Part shown: positions 15,601 to 26,099 of the stretch, one piece after another
Layout: every line of letters begins with the position of its first letter
Numbering within the stretch: position 1 is the first letter of the stretch
DNA from: Ramazzottius varieornatus
Lineage: Eukaryota; Animalia; Tardigrada
Assembly: GCA_001949185.1 (NCBI GenBank)
Contig: BDGG01000012.1
Span: forward strand, 674,973-738,972
Direction: 5' to 3'
Length of the DNA stretch: 64,000 bases
Translations under genes and position numbers: made by a program
The notes under the pieces: model-generated
What the model saw: the letters and a program-made list of their open reading frames with translations, nothing else
Told to the model about the DNA's origin: nothing
Database searches by the model: none

Positions 15601-16430
15601 TGGCTTTCTCAATCCTACACGAGTACGAAAGGCCTGATCTGCGGCGACAGAGTGGAATGAGGGAGCCAGACATCGCAGGCTCTCGGTTTGCGGACTTGTG
15701 GCATTGGTTGCAGGACCTGCTGTATTCACCTGGCTCTCACGCTGCTTACGTTCGAGTTCAGCGATTCTCATCGCATTGACTGTTTGTTGTTCGGTAGCAA
15801 TATTGCAACGCTGTTCTGCCGCTGCTAGTTTATTTTCGAGCATGCTTATAATTTCGAGGTACTTCACCTCACTCGCCACTTTTGCGGAGGTTTCGGTAAC
15901 ATTTTGTGCCAAGACATCATGGATTGTGGTGTTACATGAGACTGCCACTGGCTGGTTTCGCGACGAAGTGCCCATGTCCGCTCCGCTGCCATCATCGACA
16001 GATTTAAGCGAAGTTATGGAGGGCGGAGTATATGCGCATTCCTCCTCCGAGGACAACAAATCCGCATCCGTTTGTCGGATGACCAGTGCGGGATCTATGG
16101 AGCAATTCACGTGCTCCTCCCACGGTATATCGAGCGTGTTCGGTGCCTGTGCATATGGAAACACTTCTGGATCATACAGTACGTTGCATGCAATCTCGGT
16201 AGCGAACGTGAAAATGTTCGGAGCAGTCGTGGGCTCAACTGGTCGCTCGAGATCTTGAGCTAAAAGCTCCTTCCCGTCGTGTGTGTTCATGATCGAGGTA
16301 ACAAAGAAGCGTACTCGATTACGGAGGCAGCAAAACAAGGACAGGGATGCAAGCACAATGACAGCAAGGATGATCATACAGGTTAAGCGGGCAAGATCAA
16401 AGCAGACCAGATCATGCAACTTTTTCAGGC
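12612..16430 (-). mobile_element. Degenerate non-LTR retrotransposon derivative: ORF1 (coiled coil + CCCH), APE endonuclease, no visible RT, RGG-rich 3' ORF, (TCTA)n tail
   Basis: ORF1 ~16290-15017 has a frameshift and CRHFKRGHCNWGENCNFPH. ORF2 from 14945 has MKLAYWNVNG..DIVALTETH, VYIPP, VMGDFN, DY and SDH. The 3' end reads ATAAATCAATCTATCTATC on the minus strand. Confidence 0.8.
12881..13702 (-). CDS. RGG/Gly-Arg-rich low-complexity ORF in the 3' part of the LINE derivative
   Basis: Open frame MNFPFSMFGG...RGRGNGGRGGAYGRSDGRGGG...DMEMDK*, preceded by the acceptor-like ttttcag. Duplicated at 60569-61413. Confidence 0.5.
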   Translation of the reverse strand: MNFPFSMFGGMIGAYAPYQISGLTTGFPMSFPLGHPFSFSLRPSASTPLLGTLAQPRFTADEWLILQGMTATQPAVPSISPGAPAIQPSSVRVSQASSYHASTITNSPVGTGRPDVKINLGSIGPPRKPFDHRRLGNQPPQHCNSNKNRGRGNGGRGGAYGRSDGRGGGREGGHRAGRSGGRSGGRGSGRDSDGQRGYCPRNCGGGWPPKSHQNLDPPSQADHPPVGTTRFGGRAQVAEEDPRDGQQKPNHTHGPARASNRERRSQSDMEMDK

Positions 16431-16702
16431 TCTAGTATAGATCAGATCTCGTGATCTGCGCTGTTCGAACGAACGAACGCAAGCTTGAAGCTCTTAACTA
16501 GGGACTTTGTCGAGCATTCACTGCGTCGAAGCAAAGCTTGACAAGTTACAACTTGAGTGAAATCTTAATGTCATCTTTCATGCGCTTGTCGATGCGATTG
16601 AATTACTCGCATCTGTTCTTGCTGCCCAATATTCTGTGAAATAATTGGAATACATTCTCATTACTCATTCTCGCTGGAAATTTATTAACCTTTTCTCGCA
16701 CC

Positions 16703-17856
16703 ATGCCTTTCAACGGTTCGACACGTGGCCGGCAACGACGTCTCTCCTCAACAGCCGCCGCCAATGGAACAGCGATATCTACCCGCTTCAAACTTGTCAC
16801 GCGTAACACCCAGAAAGCCAAACCATTAAACCGGAGACACCGCAGATAAGGTAAAGGATCTGCTCCACGGTTCAATACACCTCGACAGTCCGCTCCAAGG
16901 TGGTCCTGGCACACCCATCTACAGTGCAGCCGGAGGAAGACCAACTTGACCAAGTGGTGGATCAATTGAAGGCGCTTATTTCCGTCCTTATTGCTATTAC
17001 CCAAAATTCCCAACCATCAACTTCGGGGTCTTTCAACAAAGCTCCAACTGCAAAACCAGAGACCGATCTTATAGCCATCACCGACGAGCCAAGCAGCGAT
17101 GACGACTCCTCCTCTGGGCTTGACAATGATGTCGTAGTAAATAATAGACCCGTACACGGGCGCCTGGGAATTCGGAGGTTCCGTTAGGCTGACTACGAAT
17201 TACCGTGCGACTCGCCATACCTGCCTCCTGTCAAGAAGAGCCTTTTGAAACTGCTGCTCGACGAGCTCGAGTTCATAAACATCATCGACTTGATGGAGGA
17301 TAACCGTATCGAGGGTTTCGGCAAACAGAAGGCCCATGGCACGCAGATCTCAACCGATGCAGAGACCAGCAAATTGGTCATGAAATCATCCGATAAAGGG
17401 TGTAGAGTATCCTCCTTCGCCGAGTCTGTGAAGTGTTTTTCCATCTTCATGGCATACCGCATCACGGTCAACCCCACTCTGGCCCTTGCACTGACAAGCT
17501 CCACGAACGTCATGGCCGAACTGGCGCATCCCGATCGCGGATACCCTGTCGACAAATGGCTGGCTTACGACGCAAGGCTTCGAACTATGGCTGCTCGTCA
17601 ATCTAAGAACCTCGAACTGTGGTCTACTGTCCATACAGACACCAAACACCGCACTTGCCTGACCAGCTCTACGACGTCACGTGACCACGAGCACAAAACG
17701 TGGTTGCACATGACAGAGGGCCACGACCAGCAGTGGCTGACAAACCATGTCGCGGAAGACGACATTTGTTACCGATATAACCGTGGCCACTGCACCAAGA
17801 AACCTTGCCCCAGCGACTTTATCCAGCCAACAACATATTACATGTGCATCGCTTAG
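16703..17856 (+). mobile_element. DIRS/Ngaro-like tyrosine-recombinase retroelement, gag remnant
   Basis: FSIFMAYR..P..L....AELA....WLAYDARLRTMAA.....W resembles the DIRS gag core, followed by the zinc-finger-like CYRYNRGHC...C. No RT or YR seen. Confidence 0.7.
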
Positions 17857-17925
17857 AAAAACAATCTTGTCAGGTTTGCTTGTCGAGCTCCTGTTTCTAA
17901 AGTATCACTTTTGCTCGCATAATGC

Positions 17926-19291
17926 AGAAGCTCAACAAGACGCTGGACAAGACGCTGGACATGGACATTGGATAAATTTCTGTTGGACAGCTGTACTGGA
18001 CAATTAGACTAGACAACCTGGATTTAAATTGCGCGCGAACGGAAAAACGGAAAACTTTTCTTAGAAAAGAAGCAAGGGAAGTTCTTAGAAAAGAAGCAAG
18101 AGTAATACAGTGAACGTCAAAAGTCCGATATCACTATCATTGAAAATATTTTTTAATTTGTATCATTGAAAATCCAGTAGAATAAAATCATCAAATCATC
18201 TGCGAATGCGATGCCGGATCTACACCCCGCCAAGCCAACTTGCCACCACCTGGCATTTCAGCGTCGCTGGAAAAGTCAAGTACGACCTTGCCATTCATGC
18301 TTCCACACGTTCCGTGTAACTTTTAAAGCTGGTCTGACGGAGCTATGATACTTTTCATTGTATTCGGAAATAGCTCGAAAAATTTGAGCAGTATGACTTT
18401 CGGTGGGGAAGATATACCGCAGCAGATAAAATGCTGTCTCTGGATGTTCACGGTTGGAGTTTTCATCCCCAGACTGACGCCAACAGACTAACAACTGTGT
18501 TGGTGGTCGGAAGGAATCGAGAAAGAACAGGAAAGTTCCGAGTGAACTCGCCAAACGATCTAAAACCGTCGAATTTATTCTTTTTGACGGGAAGTGTTCG
18601 AGAACGGCAAATTTGAACTTCCAAGTTCCAACCTCTTCTCCAGGATTTCGATGTTTGTTCTGATTATTTTCAATAACCATATTTTCAACGATCCTGACTT
18701 TCTGTACACGGATTTCTGGCCAGTTATTTTTTTGGAGGGGCAAATAGAATGTTAAACCACGAGAAACTGGTTTCGAATTGGAACTCGAATCGAGTCGAGA
18801 CGCCTTGATTTAATGACTGGTAGCAAGTTGGCTTGAGCGGGGGTGTAGCTGGATGATTTGGTGCACAATCTGTGCGCCTTACAACTTATGGGAGGCCGGC
18901 ACACAAAACTTACAAAGTCGCTCTGTGCAGTGGCGCACGCTCCCGACCAACAATACCGCACACGTACGCCACTCGCGAGAACAACCTCTCCGTTACGTTC
19001 GCAGGCCTCTCGAAAATCGCAAGGCGCACACCAAATCATTCAAACCAGATACGGCGCCGATTCGCGGATGATTTGATTTATACTACTGGAATTTCAATGA
19101 ATCGAATAATTTTTCAAATTATGGATGGTGCTATCGGATTTTTGACGTTTCCTGTATCACTTTTGCTTTTTGCTAAGAACTTAAAAAATGTTTTCCTGTT
19201 TCCGTTGCGTTCTCGCGCAATTTAAATTCAGTTTGCCCAGTCCAGTTGTCCAGTGCAGCTCTCCAACTGTCCAATGTCTTGCCCAGCTTCT
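17926..19291. mobile_element. Fold-back element with ~300-bp imperfect TIRs
   Basis: Left arm: agaagct..caagac..ctggacaa..gatttaaattgcgcgcgaacg..gaaaatccagtag..caaatcatctgcgaat. Right arm (19050-19291) is its reverse complement: attcgcggatgatttg..ctactggaatttc..gcgcaatttaaattc..ttgtccag..gtcttgcccagcttct. Confidence 0.8.
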
Positions 19292-20007
19292 AGAACATGA
19301 GGTTTGGTTAAAGCCAACGGCTACTTTCGAAGTAGCCATTACTTGTTGAACGTAGCAAATTGGACTTTTTCAGAAATAAACTAGACAATTGGCTCTGTTT
19401 TGGCTACTTAAAGGTCACGAATTGGGCTACTTTGGGCTTGCAAATCAACGTGTTATCTTGACTTCAACTGCGGACAATGCCATTGACAGCCTGTTATTTA
19501 GCTATCTATCCTCCGAAAACTTTCGGGAGTAACACGCAGAAACGTTTGGACGACTGCAGAGGGAAAAAATTCTACTTAGGGTGACACTTTGGCTAACTTT
19601 GAATATAACTAACCACTATGATAACTTTCAAGAATATCATTCTGCACAATGATTGACCAACCGTCACATTAACCGACCAATATGTAACTCGATCAAGTGT
19701 ATTAAAACTCCCAGCGGATCTTGCTAACACTTCCAAATATCTCTGGAAATAAAATTCGGGTTCGAATAGCGTGATTCAAAAGCGTCGCGGCTGATAAAGG
19801 TCGTTCGAGGTCACGGATATGACGCAACAACCAATTGGCATTCTCTACAATCGGGAAAGTAAGCAAACGATATTTACATCGGTTATCCACATGGCTGGAT
19901 AATACAGAATTCAGTTAACATTTTGGTCACGCGACATTCATCGTCGGCATTGTGGTCAAACGATACTTTGAGCAGGTACCGGATCGGCTATGGCAATACC
20001 GTAAATC

Positions 20008-23000
20008 ATAGACAACTATCTATCACATTTTATGAAAAAAGAAAACGTACTAACTCGGTGCACGAACGTTCCCGAACTTCTCTCCGTGCACGAAATACCA
20101 CACGAACTAAAAACTCCGTGCACGAAACCTGGTACGAACTTTGTCTCCGCGCACGAATAGTGACAGGGACTATCACTTCGTGCACGAGCTGCTTGATTGT
20201 TACTGCAGTTACAATACGGACTAGGTATGATAAACACGAGCTTTCCAACCAGTAAACATGAACTTTCTGGTTGGAAAGTTCGTGAAGAGTTTAGCCAAAT
20301 CTGATGTGGCTCTCCAAACATGCAAAAGGACGACACATTTGCTTCCCATGAAGAATATACTGTAACCAGGCTCTCGCCGCCTATCAGAACAGCACTTATT
20401 GGTTGTTTACAACGAAAAATGCGAAAAAGCTCAAGCCCACGGTTTTCGAAGGTTCCCGTCCGATCTATTACGAACTGAGAGTCAGCCGTATCCGCTCAAA
20501 TAATCCAGGTATGTGCTCATAGCGGACCTCGACATCATCGGGGCACGGGTGTAAGCGAAAGACCCTCACAAGGAAACTTGACTGCCCTGTTGAATTTATA
20601 TATCTCCGGAACCAAGACAGACGGGAAACTTCGTGTACAATCCACAACAAACATCAAGGATCATAATCATGAAATCAGCAAAGATAATTACGAGCATGAG
20701 CGGGAAAACCGATTGCTTAACGAAATAGAGAGAGAACAGGCGACGGAACTTGTAAAGAAGGGAGTTCCAGTGCGCCAGATTGTTGCAGCTCTTCCGATCC
20801 AAACCAGGAAGCCGATCAGAGAGAAAGATCTACATAATCTCGAGGATCGTCTGGATCGTGATCTGAACACTGGACCCACGAAGGGTGACAATCTGCGCAA
20901 GCTCCTCGGAGATATACAGGACCCAACTCGTCTTATCTACGTGGGCTCTCCAGAGGGCAAACCAACGCACCGTATCATCATTATAACCAGGGAGATGATA
21001 GAGTTCTTTCGTGTAAACCCCCGAGATCTTGTTTATTGACACCAAATACCGTGTAAGAAAACAACTACGCTATGTAGCTTGCTCTAGTTTAGGATCGAAA
21101 TGGAATTTCACAAGTTGTGACAGCTTGCTGGGTGGCGTCTGGGCGTGAAAGTAACATCCGCACATTCTTTCGGCAGTTCGAAGTAGCGCACGAGCAATGG
21201 GACGAGGTTTATGTTAGACAATAACTTTGTGGAGTTGAAGCTCACCCAACAAGAGTTCCCTAATGCTTCCACCTGACTATGCAATTTTCAAAGCCGTGAA
21301 AACGATAGTTGCCAGAAACGACCTTCTTGTGGCCTACAAGCAGGAGATTCTGACTGCTTTTCGGCGCTCGTTGTATACCTGGACAAAGAACAGGTTCGCT
21401 ACCCGAAAGAGGTTGTGAGTGTACCTCTAACTGCATACTGGCCATTGCGTGCCCTATATATTCGACTTTCGATTTCAAATTCGAGAGGCCTGTTTGATCA
21501 ATCCCGCTATCCCAAACGTTGGTTAAGGAACTCTTCCGAACGTAGAGAACCATTCCCTGTCTACCGAGAGTCTATCAACTGTGCTCTTAACGAAAAGTAC
21601 GAAGCACCTTCCGACAATGAGGAAGAAGAAGAAGAAGCTGAAGTCGCAGCTGCAGAAGCTCGTACTGCTAGATACGCGGAATTCAGAAAGCTGACAGCCC
21701 TAATTGACGCGCACACTTCTCAGGTCGCGGACTCAAACAGCTATGGCAATATAGTACGTGAACTGAACCAGATCGTGGACAACCTTCTTCAACATCGCTC
21801 GCTCTGGGCGATGTAATCGCTGACAAACCAGTCGATGGCATTCGGGACACTCAAGAGATGCCAGATCCCGTAACGCAAGGACCGCACCCGTTTCTGCCTT
21901 CTCTACCGAAGACGGTCGTGAATGAAACGCGGGAAAGGGACCTCGGGGTCGGCCTCGCATCAAAGAGACCACGTTGAGTTTCAACAAAACGAAAAACAGT
22001 CAGGTGGCAAAGAAAGCTTTGAAAAGAATCAACATTTAACACATGGAGAATATGAGCGCTATACGTAGTAAGAGAACCGACGAAACTTCTAAGCTAAAAA
22101 GCAGAACCTGCTAAATCGTCAGCACCCACTGACGATATCCAATACATCGACTAGCCGGAAAAGTCGAACACTTGTGGATGCACAATCAATGTACAGGGGG
22201 CTCGTCCATCGCTGGTTCTCGACCCGAGACAACTTCGTCTGGAAGACCTGCAAACAGGAATAACCCTTCCCTCCTCTGACAGTGAGATCTTCCATAAAGC
22301 ACAGGCACCTTGGACGGAGCACCTTCGCCTTAGCGCTCGGGAATACCTTCTCGTTCTGACCGATGTGAGGCTACTGAACTCTAGTTTGATTGATGCTGGA
22401 CTTTCTTCGTTGGAGAAAGTGACACACGAGCGGCAAATGCCGATTAGGGGACTAGACTACGCTCGGGATATGAAAGCAGACCCAAGGAACAATTCGTTAA
22501 TGAAACTATTCATGATAAGTGTAAGCGGATGATTTTATTTGGACATGCTGAGGTCGTATGATCGCATCGATTGGTAACGTCGATGCAGCTAGACTCGAGG
22601 TGGTACACAGTCTGGGTGAGATACCAAGGAGGACGTGACAGCTCGGCGCGTCAGACTTCCACCTGTCCCTCTGAGCTGCACCGGTACCGTTAGCGAGCAA
22701 GACACCCCTTTTTATTGAGAAATAAAGCTGAAGAGCATGAAGGGGGGATGGCGGTTGAGAGATTCGTCGGATATTAATACAAAGAGCGTGAATGAAGTTG
22801 TGTATGAAGAATGTTCCTTCGAGAGAAATCCATGAACATATTCATGCGAGATAATTTCTGCCGGAAAGCAGGTGGAGTCAACAGCCTGCCATGGCGAGTC
22901 ACTGGATAGTTAGCGATCAAGGAAGTACATTGAGCTGACCAGCAAGAGTACGTGTATGCGGCGCACGTGTACATTGCACCGCGTACACGTATCAGAACAG

Positions 23001-23988
23001 TCCAGAAAAACGCCATGTCCGGTCGGGTAGTTGCAGTTATCACTCAAAAGCATTAACCACGATTATCGCTAAAGATAATTCTCAATTTATGGAAGACGAC
23101 AGGGCAGTTCGACATCCGGCCATTGGCGAGTCTTGACCCCGGAAGACAGACTTTCGAAGTTCTACTGCAGTCTGCACTGAAACATGTCAACAGAACCTCA
23201 GCGCTTATTTCTATCTCAAGGCAGCAAAAAAAGGTACTACAGTACAGTACGAGAAGCGACCAGTCCAAAAGCAGACTGGGTACGGACTGCGGACTATTTG
23301 CTTCGGCAATAAGAACGGAATTTCTTCTTGGAAAAGACCCAAGCGAAGCCAGCTTCCACCAGGCGAGCATGTGGAAACATTGCGAGCATTGTTCAGAAGT
23401 TAAAAGGATCAACAGAGCATTTCTGCATGCTTCACGTCGTAGACTCTCGAAAAAGGAGACACCTGCTGTCCGAATAGAAGAATCTGAGCATGTTGAGTTT
23501 AAAGCCTCGTGGTGGCATCTACCGTCTTCAGAAAGTGCTACTCGAAGAAGAACTCGAAGTACCAAGCAGTAGATTTCGCCTTTCGGCTGTTGTACTCCTC
23601 TCTCATACCTATTCCTTACATCACTCTACGTGTTTCGCGTCTTACTAGCAGACTAAAGCATCAAGTGATGACATCTCATGTCCTGAACACTCAAAACAAT
23701 CGTGGTTGGTTGGTAGATCTGGAGGTCGGGGCCGTCGTTCCCAAACGAAACGCCGTGTGTCACAGTTCGTGCACGGAGACTGCGGTTCGTGCTGAAGTTC
23801 GTGCACGCCGCAGGAAGGAAAAGGTCGTGTCAGAGTTCGTGCATGGAGTAAATATTCCTGCTGTAGTTCGTGCACGCAGGAAAGTTCGGGAACTTCGTGC
23901 ACGTAGCCTTGACCAAAAGAAAAACGCAAGAAATATGTACGAGATGAACGACCTAATTCGGGCATATTTCTCAGCTCCTGTTGTCTAT
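20008..23988 (+). mobile_element. Degenerate Mutator-like element (MULE): transposase remnant plus Ulp1-like C48 peptidase and possible PHD remnant
   Basis: Termini atagacaac/gttgtctat with inverted subterminal GTGCACGAA arrays. Internal remnants: HNHEI, F..NPEILFIDTKY and a SWIM-like CEC motif. DCGLFASAI...GKDPS...F.Q..M..H is typical of TE-borne Ulp1. Confidence 0.7.
22503..23083 (+). repeat. Dispersed repeat family A, longest copy, inserted in the MULE
   Basis: Homologous to 7232-7698 and 12136-12445. Confidence 0.85.
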
Positions 23989-24709
23989 AATCAACCGCTT
24001 GTTGTTACCTGAGGTGGGTTCAGTAAGTTTGAGAACGACAAGGCGTTGCAGATCACAGGAATTTGTTCTGGGAGAGAGATGGGTCTGTCCAATATTGAAA
24101 AGCCTAAAGTTCTGTCAACAGACGTACACGCGGCTGGCATAATTATTGGCCTGGGTAAAATTTCTGGCCACTGATTTCCGAATCAGCGGCTCCGCCGGCT
24201 GTGTTCGCCACACAATACCGCTCTACCTACATGGACAACCAAACGTTTGCAGAGATCTTCTCAATCATCGTAGATCTGGTTTCTTCTATATGCATGGTTA
24301 TTTTGCTAGGAAAATGCAGCTCTGATGGTAAATCACCGTTAAAACTTGACTTTTCTCGCCGGAAAGGCCTTTACTTATGTAATCCACCACCTTATGAAGG
24401 AGACCGCACGAACTGCCTTTTTCAGGCTATCGTACGTATACTTTCGCTGTCTCTTGCTCTTAAGACCTTCCGTCATATTCCAGGCTAACCTTCCTCAAGA
24501 TGGGAAAAGAGGTACGAAATAAGGAACGAAATTTGGAATGACACTGTATTCCGCATATTGCACTGCGAAATTTTACTTGCTGACGTCACAGGACTAGGTT
24601 CTGCAACGACATAACAATGTCTGCGTTGAACTGCCGCCAGCTCGTCCGGCCAGAAATTTGTCCAGGCCAATAACTAGGCCAGCCGCGTTTACCCTAAAAG
24701 ATGAATCAA

Positions 24710-24754
24710 GTGTTGACGGTGTTGACGGTGTTGACGGTGTTGACGGTGTTGACG
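24710..24754. repeat. 9-bp tandem repeat (GTGTTGACG)x5
   Basis: Directly visible. Confidence 0.95.
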
Positions 24755-26099
24755 ACTCAGCCTAAATTACAGTGCGAAAATCGATATCCCCGAATTACGT
24801 CGTGTACCTCGTATGGTAATTTTTCGAGACAGAAAACAGCCATGGGGACAATTTTGCTGAGACATACTGTATACACCACACTGATGCAATACACAGATAA
24901 TTGACACGTTGGAGAGCATAATATTCAGAAAAACAAGTCTCGTCTGAATCAGCAACTGTTTCAAACTTTGAGGGAACTTCGAGAAATTTTCTTTGGTTTC
25001 CCGGAAAGATCTTGTATCTCGGACAGCGATTGAAAATTAGCCCAAGGACTCAGCTAGACGAAAAGCGGTTGTAAGTATAAACTCCTGGTTTAGAACACAC
25101 TTTGCAATTTTTTCCACGGGGAGGGGTTTCCCGGCAAAATGGGCAAAACGATATTAATTCATTTCCAAAGTTATTTTGATCTTCTTGCGATCTATTCCAT
25201 TTTCGATAAGCGCCTAAGTACTTATACCCAGGCTGAAATCAAATTACGGATGGATTCTCAAACAGAGAGTTCCAGAGAACCTTTTTTATTCGTGGCGAGA
25301 AGTCTTCCTCACCGGAAGTCATACCAATCAACTTTTTCAACCCTGGTCTTGATGCATGCAAGTGAACTATGTCTCTTTGACAAGAGCTTGAAAAGTCGAA
25401 CGAAATCTGTGAAGGACCGAAAGGAGAACCAGCACTTTGAATTTCCAGGTGGTCGCAAGTTGGTGTACTCACCCTGTAGTTTAATATGATTTTTTATGAT
25501 TTCACGAGATTTGGCTCACCAAACATTTCGTACCACCGGGATTGCATCCTGAAAATAATGGGTCACGGGACATTGGAATCCCGGGATTCCGAACCGGTAC
25601 CGATTAACACACACACACACACACGACTAATGCACTTTATGTTGGGTTCGGTAGTCGTGATGACGAAGACAACATAGTGGTCAGTCGGCGTGGGGAAATG
25701 GGTCGCAGTGACTTCGACATGTAATTACAAGGGAAAACCGTTAAGGGTGTTAATTGTGTTGAACGCTTAGCGTGTCATAATTCATCTTCAGCTTCTTTCA
25801 CGTCTCTATTCTTTTGTCTGTATATTGTTTCGGCTACATGACCGTTTACCATGCCACAAGAGAAAATCGAGCAAACTACGCTGATGGCAATGGTGTCAAT
25901 AAAAGCGGCCAGTGTGGCTCACATGTTCCACTTTTCCCATTGTCGGCTGCATAGCTTCTCGATCAGGCTACGGTGATGTGGTACTGCGGCTCATAAAGAT
26001 CTTAGCTCTTCGCCATCTTCGCTTGATACGAGGAGCTTAAGCAGTCCATTAACTCGCTCGAAGTCTGTGTTGTGCTTGTTTATCAAAATCAGCGCAACC

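Noticed and set aside
12594-16453. AGATCTCGTG at 12594 and 16444 as the LINE target-site duplication
   Set aside because: The left copy is separated from the tail by about 8 nt, so it may be chance.
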